From Gemmatimonadaceae bacterium (lineage in GTDB: Bacteria; Gemmatimonadota; Gemmatimonadetes; Gemmatimonadales; Gemmatimonadaceae): a stretch of DNA of 64,000 bases. The position numbers and the translations under genes are program-made. Under the pieces are notes generated by a model. That model did no database searches. It was given only the letters and a program-made list of their open reading frames with translations, and was not told where the DNA came from. The number at the start of each line of letters is the position of its first letter. Position 1 is the stretch's first letter. This document shows, piece after piece, positions 34,874 through 44,627 of this stretch. The stretch is from the NCBI GenBank assembly GCA_045803545.1, contig JBJMOW010000005.1, positions 224,001 through 288,000 of the forward strand, read 5' to 3'.

Positions 34874-37456
34874 ATGAAAGTCTCGAAGCTCGGCCCGCTT
34901 CTATTGCTCGCTGGCCTCTTTCTATCGCCACGCCTCACAGCCGCGCAAAACCCGAGTGCGGCGCAGGCGCAGCAGATGCTCCAGAGCAATCCTGCTTTGC
35001 TCCAACAGCTCCGCCAGCGGATTCTTACCAGCGGATTGACCCCGGATCAGGTGCGGGCCCGACTACGTGCCGAGGGATATCCGGAGACTTTGCTCGATGC
35101 TTATCTCCCGGGCGCAGGGTCCAGCACGGCGGATACGTCGATACCAGACGAAGAGGTCTACTCTGCCATCACACGACTTGGCATCGCTGACACTGCGGAA
35201 GTCGACCTGCTGCGCTGTGGGATCACCAGCGATTCGCTTTCGGTTCCCGACACATTGGCAAATGGGACTGTCGATACCGCTATGGTCGCCCGGCGCGTCG
35301 GTGAGCGGCGTGCACAGTTGCAAGCACGATGCATCGCGCAGGAAGACTCGATCATGAAGGGGCTCAGGTTGGGTGCGACTGCTGACAGTGGTTTCACAAT
35401 CTTCGGCCTCGATTTCTTCCGCAATAGATCGACTGCCTTCAATCCCAACCTGACCGGACCCGTCGACGCAAGCTACAAAATCAATCCGGGCGATCAGCTC
35501 GCATTGATCCTTACCGGCGATGTGGAGCAGACATACTCGCTTCCTGTCACGCGAGAAGGCTTCATCGTCATTCCGCAGGTCGGTCAGGTTTATGTGAACA
35601 ACCTGACTCTCGGCGAGCTCGAAAACGTTCTGTACGCGAGACTGGGTCGAGTCTATTCGGGGGTGCGTCGCGGGCCAGGAGCCACCACCCATTTTTATGT
35701 CACCCCTTCGCGCCTCGGAAGCAGCCAGATCTACGTCACCGGAGACGTACTCCGCCCCGGTAGCTACCGCATATCGAGTGCGGCGACAGCATTGACGGCA
35801 CTGTATGCTGCGATGGGTCCGTCCGACAACGGGAGTCTCCGGCAAATCCTGATTCGCGGTGGCGGCCGAGTGGATACGCTCGATGTCTACGACTATCTCC
35901 TGAACGGCAACACCACGCGCGATGTGAGGTTGAATAACGGTGACCTCGTTTTCGTTCCGGTTCACGGAGCCCGTGTTCGGATCATCGGCCAGGTTACACG
36001 TCCCGCGACATACGAGATTCGCTCGGGGGAGACACTCGCTGATGCACTCCGGTTCGCCGGTGGTTTTAGCGCGACGGCATCGAGGCGTCGAGTACAGATC
36101 GAGCGGATCGTTCCGCCGGGACAGCGTGCCCCCGGAGGGCGCGACAGAATCGTCACGGAAGTGGTATCAGACGCGTTCCTCACCGGCGGCGGACCGAGCA
36201 TCGCAATCGAGCCTGGCGATGTGATTCGCGTATTCGCCATTGCTTCGCGCGTGCGCAACCGGGTCACCGTTTCAGGAGACGTTTGGTCACCGGGATCCGT
36301 GGGAATGACCGCTGGCATGCGTGTATCGGACGCATTGCGCCTGGCGGGGGGCGTCAGGCCAGACGTCTACCTTGGCCAAGTCTTGGTGACCCGCACAATG
36401 CCTGACTCGACCAAAGTTCAGCTGCGTGCTGCGCTGCGTGACACGACCGGGGCAGTCATGAACGATCTTCCGCTGCAGGAAGACGACGAGATAAAGGTCT
36501 TTTCTGTCTCCGAATTCCGTCCGACGCGATACGTCGCGATCAACGGAGCGGTGCGGCGAAGCGCTCAGTTTCCGTATCGCGAGGGAATGACAGTCAGAGA
36601 CCTCGTTCTGTTAGCTGGCGGGCTCGACCAGAGTGCGTTTTTGAACGAGGCCGAGGTAGCGCGGCTTCCCGAGAATCGCGCGGGCGGAGTAACCGCGCAG
36701 ACGTTCAGAATACCGCTGGATTCGAGTTACATCTTCGAGCGGGGGCCTGACGGCAAGTATCTCGGGCCGCCGGGATTGCCTGCCGCGACGGGTCCGAACC
36801 CAGAGGTCGTCGTTCAGCCGTACGACAACGTTCTCATTTTGCGCCAGCCCAATTGGGAGCTGCAAAGAACCGCCGTGATCGCCGGTGAAGTGAAATACCC
36901 CGGCCGGTATTCGCTGAAGACAAAAACCGAGCGCATCACGGACCTCATTGAGAGGGCCGGCGGTCTCACGACAGATGCGTACGCCAACGGCGTATCCTTC
37001 TACCGCGCCCGAAATCACGTTGGTAGAATCGGTATCGAATTGCCCGACGTGCTGAAGAATTCAAAGTCTCTGGACAACCTCCCGTTGCAGGATGGCGATT
37101 CGCTGTACATCCCCCGCTTCACTGCAGTCGTCGCAGTTCAGGGCGCGGTCAATTCCCCTGTCTCCGTCACGTACGCGCCGGGCAAATCGATTGAGTACTA
37201 CATCCGTGCGGCAGGCGGTCCTTCGCTAAAAGCCGATCTCAGCCGGGCATACGTGACCCAGCCAAATGGAAAGGTAGAAGCGCGTCAATCGCGCTTTCTG
37301 CTGCCGGACGATGTTCCTCATCCGCTGGCGGGTAGCACCGTGCATGTGCCAGAGCGGGATCCGACCGCGCGAGGTATTGACTTGCTCGCCGGAGCGGGAC
37401 TCATCGCGCAGATAGCGGCCGGCTTGGCAACGCTGGTCCTAGCAATACGGCATTAG
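34874..37456 (+). CDS. Polysaccharide export protein with multiple SLBB domains (Wza/KpsD-like)
   Basis: Signal peptide, YKINPGDQL, IPQVG, repeated V.G.V..PG.Y / LAGG SLBB units. ATG 34874 chosen because the longer track ORF overlaps tRNA-Val. Confidence 0.9.
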   Translation: MKVSKLGPLLLLAGLFLSPRLTAAQNPSAAQAQQMLQSNPALLQQLRQRILTSGLTPDQVRARLRAEGYPETLLDAYLPGAGSSTADTSIPDEEVYSAITRLGIADTAEVDLLRCGITSDSLSVPDTLANGTVDTAMVARRVGERRAQLQARCIAQEDSIMKGLRLGATADSGFTIFGLDFFRNRSTAFNPNLTGPVDASYKINPGDQLALILTGDVEQTYSLPVTREGFIVIPQVGQVYVNNLTLGELENVLYARLGRVYSGVRRGPGATTHFYVTPSRLGSSQIYVTGDVLRPGSYRISSAATALTALYAAMGPSDNGSLRQILIRGGGRVDTLDVYDYLLNGNTTRDVRLNNGDLVFVPVHGARVRIIGQVTRPATYEIRSGETLADALRFAGGFSATASRRRVQIERIVPPGQRAPGGRDRIVTEVVSDAFLTGGGPSIAIEPGDVIRVFAIASRVRNRVTVSGDVWSPGSVGMTAGMRVSDALRLAGGVRPDVYLGQVLVTRTMPDSTKVQLRAALRDTTGAVMNDLPLQEDDEIKVFSVSEFRPTRYVAINGAVRRSAQFPYREGMTVRDLVLLAGGLDQSAFLNEAEVARLPENRAGGVTAQTFRIPLDSSYIFERGPDGKYLGPPGLPAATGPNPEVVVQPYDNVLILRQPNWELQRTAVIAGEVKYPGRYSLKTKTERITDLIERAGGLTTDAYANGVSFYRARNHVGRIGIELPDVLKNSKSLDNLPLQDGDSLYIPRFTAVVAVQGAVNSPVSVTYAPGKSIEYYIRAAGGPSLKADLSRAYVTQPNGKVEARQSRFLLPDDVPHPLAGSTVHVPERDPTARGIDLLAGAGLIAQIAAGLATLVLAIRH

Positions 37457-37491
37457 AAGCGTGCGCTGCAAATGCCGTCGCGAGTGCAGCG

Positions 37492-38298
37492 CTGATCAAT
37501 AAAGGCAAGCGAAGCGTCCTCGGCGTCGAAGTAGATGTGACTGACTACGAGTCCGCTGCCGATCGCACGGTGGACGCTGCGAAGCGCGGGACACCGTTTG
37601 CCGTAACCGCACTACCCGTGCATGGCATCATGACCGGAGCTACGGATCCGGAGCATCGCTATCGCCTGAACTCCTTCGACCTCCTTGTACCAGACGGTCA
37701 GCCAGTGCGCTGGGCGCTCAACCTGCTTTACAAAGTCGGATTGAAGGAGCGCGTTTACGGTCCGACACTGATGCTCACCATTTGCGAGCGACTCGAGGCA
37801 ACTGGCCTGCCCATCTATCTGTACGGAAGTCGACAGGAAACGATCGATCTACTTTCGAAGAACCTTGAACGCCGATTCCCGGCGCTGAAAATCGCGGGCA
37901 GCCAGCCGGGACGATTTAAGGTTCTATCTTCCGCTGAGCGAGCGGAAATCAATCGCACAATTAAGGAAAGTGGGGCGGCGCTGGTGTTCGTCGGGCTGGG
38001 CTGCCCGCGCCAGGAAATCTGGGCGTACGAAAATCACGACGCGCTCTCCATGCCGGCAGTTTGTGTCGGGGCAGCGTTCGATTTCCACGCGGGAACTGTG
38101 GCGCAAGCGCCGCCAACGCTGCAACGCGTCGGACTCGAATGGGCTTATCGATTGATGCGCGAACCGCGTCGGCTGTGGCGCCGCTACGTGCTTCTCAACC
38201 CGCTTTACGTCGCCATGATCACCGCGCAGGCAACCGGCGCCGTGAATTTCAACTCACGCCCCACTAGGCGCCCAGCAAAGGCTTTGAACTACGGGTGA
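37492..38298 (+). CDS. WecB/TagA/CpsF family glycosyltransferase
   Basis: PDGQPVRW, RVYGPTLM, VGLGCPRQE, VGAAFDF, GLEWAYRL..EPRRLWRRY. Start is probably CTG 37492; the track gives GTG 37537. Confidence 0.88.
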   Translation: MINKGKRSVLGVEVDVTDYESAADRTVDAAKRGTPFAVTALPVHGIMTGATDPEHRYRLNSFDLLVPDGQPVRWALNLLYKVGLKERVYGPTLMLTICERLEATGLPIYLYGSRQETIDLLSKNLERRFPALKIAGSQPGRFKVLSSAERAEINRTIKESGAALVFVGLGCPRQEIWAYENHDALSMPAVCVGAAFDFHAGTVAQAPPTLQRVGLEWAYRLMREPRRLWRRYVLLNPLYVAMITAQATGAVNFNSRPTRRPAKALNYG

Positions 38299-39437
38299 AC
38301 AGGCATGGTAAGGCCGATGGCTTCGCCGAGAGCGGCTAACACCTGAGAGGTGCTAACGCCGGCGACATCGAACGGGATCACTGCCGACGCGCTCGGGTTT
38401 GAACCGCCAACGCCCTCGGCGGTGAGCAAAAAGTGCCTGTCTCCAATTGGCGAGAACCAGCGGTTGATTCCGGATCCGAAGATCGACACCGTCGGCACGC
38501 CGAGCGCCCCCGCGATGTGCATTGGTCCGCTGTCGTTGCAGGCGAGTACATCACAGCACTCGACGAGCGCGATTAGCTCTCTGAGACCTACGTCCGCGCT
38601 GATAACACCCGGGATTTGCGCCAGCTGCTGCCCATAACCATCCGGCGAAACGAACGCGAGCACTTTGATCTCCGGCATGCGGGTGATGGCTCGCGCAACT
38701 TCGGCAAATCGCTCCAGCGGCCAGCGTTTCGCCGGAACGCTCGCACCGGGATGGATTCCGACGAGGCAATTCTCTGTCGTGATTCCATTCGCTGCGAGAA
38801 ACGTCCTTGCTCGCTGCCGCTCCACTTCGCTGGTTTTCAAACGCGGCGCATCCTGGGTCACAGGGCCGCCGAACGGTTTCAGTAGCTCGAGCCAGTCCGC
38901 GGTCTTATGGCGATTGGGATCGACAAGCGGAATCGCATCAGTGAGGACTTTCTCGCCATGCCCGAGCGCAAAAGCAACCTTGCGCTCGGCACCGGAAAGA
39001 GCGAGCAGCACGTACTCTCGCACGTGCATCCGACTCGAGAACGCAACATCAAAACGTCCGCGTTTCAACGCTTTCCGAATACGTGCCAGTTCGATCCAAC
39101 GATACGCGAATGGATTGTGGCGAACGGCGCTCGCGCTCCAGCCAAGGTCGGTGTCGATGAAATCATCGACCAGATCAGTGCCCGCGAGGACCGTGCGTGC
39201 ATACGACCGCGCAAGCATCGTAATTGTTGCCTGCGGGAATAGCGTGCGGAGCTGAGCGAGAAATGGCATCGCCAGCACGATGTCTCCGATGTTCCACAGC
39301 TCGATGACAAGAATGCGTTCCACCCGCCCCGACAGAGTCGGCGCCGTTGGCGCTCGCCGTCTCGTCGCACGCGCGAAGAGACCCAGCGCTTCGAGCATGA
39401 CGCGATTTCTAAAGCTCGGAATCCAGACTTGCGCCAT
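38289..39437 (-). CDS. Glycosyltransferase family 9 (heptosyltransferase-like)
   Basis: ILVIELWNIGDIVL, HPGAS..AKRWP, CNDSGPMHIA. Confidence 0.9.
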   Translation of the reverse strand: MAQVWIPSFRNRVMLEALGLFARATRRRAPTAPTLSGRVERILVIELWNIGDIVLAMPFLAQLRTLFPQATITMLARSYARTVLAGTDLVDDFIDTDLGWSASAVRHNPFAYRWIELARIRKALKRGRFDVAFSSRMHVREYVLLALSGAERKVAFALGHGEKVLTDAIPLVDPNRHKTADWLELLKPFGGPVTQDAPRLKTSEVERQRARTFLAANGITTENCLVGIHPGASVPAKRWPLERFAEVARAITRMPEIKVLAFVSPDGYGQQLAQIPGVISADVGLRELIALVECCDVLACNDSGPMHIAGALGVPTVSIFGSGINRWFSPIGDRHFLLTAEGVGGSNPSASAVIPFDVAGVSTSQVLAALGEAIGLTMPVHP

Positions 39438-39499
39438 TCAACGAAGCGGAAACGTGGAGACAGTCAGGAGAGGAGGTTGCGAGTAATTTACGCAGACTT

Positions 39500-40543
39500 A
39501 TGAAGAAGCTCTCGGTCGCTCTCGACCGCGCCAACGAACGACAATCCAGCACCGGGGTGTCGCGCTACTCGACGTCCCTTGCAGCTGCGCTGTCTGCGCG
39601 CGACGATGTTGAGCTCGTGTCGATCGGAGGAGGCCCGCTCGTTCCGCGCGGGACCTGGCGCAAGAAACTGCTTACTGCCCGTCAGGATTTCTGGTGGTAT
39701 CCATTTGGTGGCCGCAGGCGGGCGCAAATCGCGGGCGCAGATGTCTATCACTGTCCCAGCGCACGCGCGCCGATCACGCATGGCGGGCCGCCGACAGTCG
39801 TCACTATTCACGATTTGGCTTCCTTTCATTATCCGCTGACGCTGACCCGCTGGACCAGACTTTACGAGCGCCGAACAGTTCCGCTGGCGGCGCGAGCGTC
39901 TGACTTGATCATTGCCGTATCTTCTGACGCTGCGGCCGATATCCACGAGCTCCTGGGAATCTCCCAACGTAAGATCCGCGTCATTCCCCTTGGTGTCGAT
40001 TCGCAATTCTTTGCGCGGAACTCGTCGCCGCGGGCCTATCCATTTCCTTACGTACTCTTCGTCGGATCCGCTCAACCAAGGAAAAACTTGCGACGGCTCG
40101 CACAGGCTGTGGAGCGCGTGTCGAAGCATCATCGGGATTTAAGACTCGTAGTCGCCGGTGCTGACGGTTGGGGCAACGAAATCGTCGCAGATTCTCGCGT
40201 GACATTCGCCGGGCCAGTTGATGATGAGCGGTTGCTGATTCTCTATCGTCACGCTGAGTGCACTGCACTGGTTTCGCTCCATGAAGGTTTCGGCTTGCCT
40301 ATTCTCGAGTCTATGGCAGCGGGGACGCCGGTCGTCGCTAGCAATGTCGCCGCGTTGCCCGAGGTAGCCGGAGGCGCAGCTGTCCTCGTCGACCCTCTCA
40401 GTGCCCAGTCCATTGCAAACGGGATCGAGGAAGCGATCGGCAATCGTGATAGCCTGATTCCCGGAGGAATGCGCCGCGCCGCCCAGTTCACATGGGAACG
40501 CACTGGGGAGCTGACGATGGCAGCCTATCGCGAGCTGTTGTGA
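39500..40543 (+). CDS. Glycosyltransferase family 4
   Basis: VVTIHDL, PRKNL, EGFGLPILESMAAGTPVV, FTWE. Confidence 0.92.
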   Translation: MKKLSVALDRANERQSSTGVSRYSTSLAAALSARDDVELVSIGGGPLVPRGTWRKKLLTARQDFWWYPFGGRRRAQIAGADVYHCPSARAPITHGGPPTVVTIHDLASFHYPLTLTRWTRLYERRTVPLAARASDLIIAVSSDAAADIHELLGISQRKIRVIPLGVDSQFFARNSSPRAYPFPYVLFVGSAQPRKNLRRLAQAVERVSKHHRDLRLVVAGADGWGNEIVADSRVTFAGPVDDERLLILYRHAECTALVSLHEGFGLPILESMAAGTPVVASNVAALPEVAGGAAVLVDPLSAQSIANGIEEAIGNRDSLIPGGMRRAAQFTWERTGELTMAAYRELL

Positions 40544-41400
40544 ATGCGATAGCGGCGGTCGAATCGCTCGACTGCGTTGCGATGGGTATCCGCAAAGAAG
40601 AGTATGTCAGCGGATGTGACAAAGAGGCTCCGCGGTGCGCCGTCATTCAAGCGGATCGGATGCACCGTCCCCCCGCTGAATACGCGAGCCTCCAGGTATC
40701 CCAGCGAGCGTGCGAATTCGATCAGGTCGGCGCTGTTGTAACCGAAGGGTGCCTGCCACTTCTCGTAGGCTTCGCAATAGATCAGAGGCATATGCTGGGA
40801 TAACGTTCGCGACGCTCCGCGCAGAACATCGAGCTCGCCTCCCTCAACGTCGATCTTCACCAGTTCAAGATGACTCAGGATGTGCACCTCCGTGCTCGTG
40901 TCCAGGCTGACGAGAGGTACTTCTAGTTCTCTGAAATCTCTCAGTTCCCATGAACCCGCGATCTGGACAGCAAGCGACGCCTGGGTATGGTCATCGCCGG
41001 GGATCTTCAGCGTCGCCGTGCCCTCATTCGAATGCGAATCGCCGACTGCGGCTGGAACAATAGAAATGTTGGTATAGCGCGCTCTGCGGCGAACTGTGTC
41101 TTTCAGGGCGGCGATGTTCGCCGGCAGTGGCTCGAACGCGATCACTCGGCCGTGCGCACCCGCGAGATGCGAAAGGAAAATGGTGTGAGCGCCAACGTTG
41201 GCGCCCACGTCGAGCACTATATCCCCACGATGCACGAACGAGAGGTAGACGCGCTTATCCCAGTTTGCCCACTCACGAAAACGCTCGACGAAGAGATACA
41301 GCAAAGGCGCCTTCGTCAGCTGATAGTCTATCGCATCCTTGAGAGGCGGTAGATCCCGCTGCAGAGTGCCGAACTTTGTTTGCTTGCGGGATAGGTGCAC
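40525..41400 (-). CDS. FkbM family methyltransferase
   Basis: LDVGANVG, AFEP, VKIDVEGGE. Confidence 0.9.
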   Translation of the reverse strand: MHLSRKQTKFGTLQRDLPPLKDAIDYQLTKAPLLYLFVERFREWANWDKRVYLSFVHRGDIVLDVGANVGAHTIFLSHLAGAHGRVIAFEPLPANIAALKDTVRRRARYTNISIVPAAVGDSHSNEGTATLKIPGDDHTQASLAVQIAGSWELRDFRELEVPLVSLDTSTEVHILSHLELVKIDVEGGELDVLRGASRTLSQHMPLIYCEAYEKWQAPFGYNSADLIEFARSLGYLEARVFSGGTVHPIRLNDGAPRSLFVTSADILFFADTHRNAVERFDRRYRIHNSSR

Positions 41401-41406
41401 GGCCGA

Positions 41407-42927
41407 TCAAGCGCTCTGACGCGGCCTAGACACCATCGACATCCATGCGCCTCGCTCTTCAACGGTCAAGACTTTCGTCCAGGCAAAGATGCCGTATGCC
41501 CCAAGTCCCAGCGCGATAAGTATCAGGCCCATTGATACGGAAGGCGGGTCGGCCCAGGCGATCAGCGCGAACGTTGCCGCGAGTCCAGCTCCGAGTAGAG
41601 CCAATCGACGCGCGCGTGCGCTCTCCGAGAAATCGACTTCACATCTCCCGATGGCCCGCCGTGACGCCCACTCGTAAAGGGCCAGGTCTGCGGTGCACCG
41701 AAGGGTCCAGCTCAACGCCGCCCCCGGTATGCCGAAGGAATGAACCAGCACGAACGTCAGGGGGAGATAGACGATGGCTTCGCCAAGATGGATCTTTGCG
41801 GGAAGATCAGGGCGCGCTGCGCCGTAAAGGAGCCCGAGGGGTAAGTGCGCCAGACCTCCCAGAAACACGCCTATCGCGAGGATCCGCAGCGCCGTTGCGC
41901 CCGCGGCAGCGTAATCGGGGCCAAGCCAACCTCGCAGTACGGTTGGAGCAAATACCAAAAGCGCCAGGCAAAACGGGAACAATGCGGCCGCGAGCTGTCG
42001 GCGGCCTGCCCGGCATGCAGCGAGCGCTCGATCACGCGCACCGCGCGCCTCGCTGTTGGCTAGCGCGGGAAGCAACGCCGCAAACGCTGTAGCAGGTATG
42101 AGGAAGAAGCGATTGGCCAACTCGGCGGCGCCTGTGTAGAACCCGAGGCTGGCGACGCCGACAATCGAGCCAGTGACAAATCTCTCGAAGCTGCCGAGCG
42201 CGGGTCCCAGCACAGCCGAGACCGCCACCCATCCCGAGTATCCAAGCATTTCGCGCAATGGCTGAAGCTGAGGACGTATCAGCCAACCTCCTCCCAGCAG
42301 CACTCGCCGGACGGCATCGACATTGAACACCAGAAGGACGGCACGAACAGCCAGAAGCAGCCAAAGAATCGTGGAGAGCGCGCCGCCTGCTGGCGCCACA
42401 AGCGCAGGAATGATGATTGAGGCCAGACTCCCAGGAACTCGCAGCGCCGTGCTGATATCGAACCGCTGCGCGCCTTCCAGCGTCGCCCTCAGAGCTTGTG
42501 ATGCAAGCAACACGGGAACATGCAGCGACAGAACGCGGAACATGGCGATCGCTTCGGGAACAAGCTCTGGAGAAACCTTGAAAACGTGATTCGCCAGGAA
42601 GGGGGCTAATGCAAAAACCAATAAACCCGCTAGGCAACCCATCGCGGCTTGCGAGAAAACTGACGCCACGATGATCTCTCGCAGTCGATCCTGTCCTTTC
42701 GCTGTCGCATCGGCGACGAACCGCACCGTCGTGCGTGCCAAGCCAAGGTCGAACATCCCGGTTCCTTCGGCCAGTGCCCAGGCCAAAGCGAGGAGACCAA
42801 ATCTTGAGGGCCCGAGGGCGCGGACCGTGACAGGAACGAGAAAGGCAGCGGCGAGCGCAGGCAGAGCGAGAGACGCGAAATAGAGCGTGCCGTTCTTTGC
42901 AACCTTCGCGGCTGTCGGTGGAGTCAC
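41407..42927 (-). CDS. Wzx oligosaccharide flippase
   Basis: LGPSRFG, FDLGL, about 12-14 hydrophobic segments, FGIPGAALSW. Confidence 0.87.
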   Translation of the reverse strand: MTPPTAAKVAKNGTLYFASLALPALAAAFLVPVTVRALGPSRFGLLALAWALAEGTGMFDLGLARTTVRFVADATAKGQDRLREIIVASVFSQAAMGCLAGLLVFALAPFLANHVFKVSPELVPEAIAMFRVLSLHVPVLLASQALRATLEGAQRFDISTALRVPGSLASIIIPALVAPAGGALSTILWLLLAVRAVLLVFNVDAVRRVLLGGGWLIRPQLQPLREMLGYSGWVAVSAVLGPALGSFERFVTGSIVGVASLGFYTGAAELANRFFLIPATAFAALLPALANSEARGARDRALAACRAGRRQLAAALFPFCLALLVFAPTVLRGWLGPDYAAAGATALRILAIGVFLGGLAHLPLGLLYGAARPDLPAKIHLGEAIVYLPLTFVLVHSFGIPGAALSWTLRCTADLALYEWASRRAIGRCEVDFSESARARRLALLGAGLAATFALIAWADPPSVSMGLILIALGLGAYGIFAWTKVLTVEERGAWMSMVSRPRQSA

Positions 42928-42986
42928 AGCGGAAAATTAAGCGCGGCCATGTCCGTGTGCGCTACCACCGTCTACATTACTCGCGA

Positions 42987-44627
42987 ATGCCGATCAAATC
43001 GCGCCACGCGTTGCTCTTCCTGAGTTTTCTCCTTCCACTCCCCTTCACCTCAGGCAACCTCTTCGCGCAGGCATCAGGAACTTCAACGCTCGATTTCGCC
43101 ACCGGCAGTGACTTCGAGGACTACTTGCGTGTTCTTCAGGTTGCGGGGATCGAGCCGCTTCAGCCGTGGTCCATTCGTGCGTTTTCTCCCCGAGACATCA
43201 TCCGGATGGTTCTCGCAGATAGCGCGGGACCGTGGGCTTTGCGCAAGAACTTTCACAACGAGAGGCTCTTCACTGGAAGAACCCGGTTTGGGAGCACGAT
43301 CAATACGTCGTTTCCGTATGGCGCCAACGATGGTCCGGTATGGGCGGGCCGCGGAATCACGCTCGTGGCAAGCGCCGGCGTCGGCGGAGTATTCGGGCCG
43401 TTGTCGTTTTCGATCTCGCCAACGGCGTTCATCGCCAGTAACGCGGCGTTCACGCTCATTCCGAACGGCCAGTCTGGTACCGCGGCCTACGCCAACGGCT
43501 CTTTCCCACTCAACGTCGACTACCCACAGCGGTTCGGTGGCAAAGCATACTCGCGCATTGATCCCGATGCGTCCAGCGTTCGCTTTGACTCCCGCTTCAT
43601 TTCGCTGGGGGCGTCAACGGGTAACGAGTGGATCGGCCCGGCCACGGAGTACCCGTTTCTTCTCGGCACTAACGCTCCTGGCTTCCCGCATGTCTTCGTC
43701 GGCACGGGCGAGCCGCTGAACCTCTGGCTCGCGCAGGTCGAAGCGAGAGTAATGTGGGGAAAGTTATATCAGTCGGATTTTTCTCCAGTGTCAGGCTCCA
43801 CACGCTATATCTCGTCCGCTGAGTCCGGTACGATCCGCCTGATGGCCTCGACTCAAATAGTCTTTCTGCCACGAGGGATCCCAGGATTCGAGTTAGGATT
43901 CGCCCGTTTCATTCATGTGCCTTATCGTGTTGGTGACCCGACTGGGGCATTTTGGAGAAAGCCATTCAAGGCCTTCTTCCTTAAGAATGAGTATGCAGCC
44001 GGGGATACAACGGGAGCCGATAATCAGCTTGCATCGGTTTTCTTTCGCTGGGTATTTCCGCACAGCGGCTTCGAGTTGTTTGGCGAGCGTGGCTATGAAG
44101 ATCAGTTCTATGATCTTCGCGACTTCATCCAGGACCCGGATAATGAGCGCGAGTACATGCTTGGCTTCCAAAAAACGCTACTCCGATCCAATGGCGTCCT
44201 CGATGTACTAAAGGCAGAGGTGCTCAACTACCAACTCCCTACGCTCGCGCGAGTCAGGGTACAAGGTTTTGTCTACGTACACGGAACTCTCCGACAAGGG
44301 CACACCAACCGCGGTCAGTTACTCGGTGCAGGCGCTGGTGTCGGGGCCGCAGCTGCGTCTACGATCTCATGGACCCGATACTCTCCGCGAGGCAGTTCGA
44401 CGTTCCTTCTGCGCAGAATCGTTCGCGACGAACCTAGCCCCGTCTTCCGCGTGATCTCTCCTTCGGGGTCAGACGTGACCATTTCAGCCGGTGCACAGCG
44501 CATGAGATTCGGCCGACACGTGGATTTCGGAGGCACCGTCGAACTGATGGAGGACTACAATCACAACTTCACCAAGGACGTGCCGAATCTCAATTTCCAG
44601 CTGACGGCGCGACTACACTCCCGGTAG
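42987..44627 (+). CDS. Wzi-like outer-membrane beta-barrel, paralog 2
   Basis: Signal peptide; NDGPVWAGRG, DYPQRFG, NEWIGP, NAPGFPH, GHTNRGQLLGA; clearly paralogous to 46945-48627. Confidence 0.72.
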   Translation: MPIKSRHALLFLSFLLPLPFTSGNLFAQASGTSTLDFATGSDFEDYLRVLQVAGIEPLQPWSIRAFSPRDIIRMVLADSAGPWALRKNFHNERLFTGRTRFGSTINTSFPYGANDGPVWAGRGITLVASAGVGGVFGPLSFSISPTAFIASNAAFTLIPNGQSGTAAYANGSFPLNVDYPQRFGGKAYSRIDPDASSVRFDSRFISLGASTGNEWIGPATEYPFLLGTNAPGFPHVFVGTGEPLNLWLAQVEARVMWGKLYQSDFSPVSGSTRYISSAESGTIRLMASTQIVFLPRGIPGFELGFARFIHVPYRVGDPTGAFWRKPFKAFFLKNEYAAGDTTGADNQLASVFFRWVFPHSGFELFGERGYEDQFYDLRDFIQDPDNEREYMLGFQKTLLRSNGVLDVLKAEVLNYQLPTLARVRVQGFVYVHGTLRQGHTNRGQLLGAGAGVGAAAASTISWTRYSPRGSSTFLLRRIVRDEPSPVFRVISPSGSDVTISAGAQRMRFGRHVDFGGTVELMEDYNHNFTKDVPNLNFQLTARLHSR

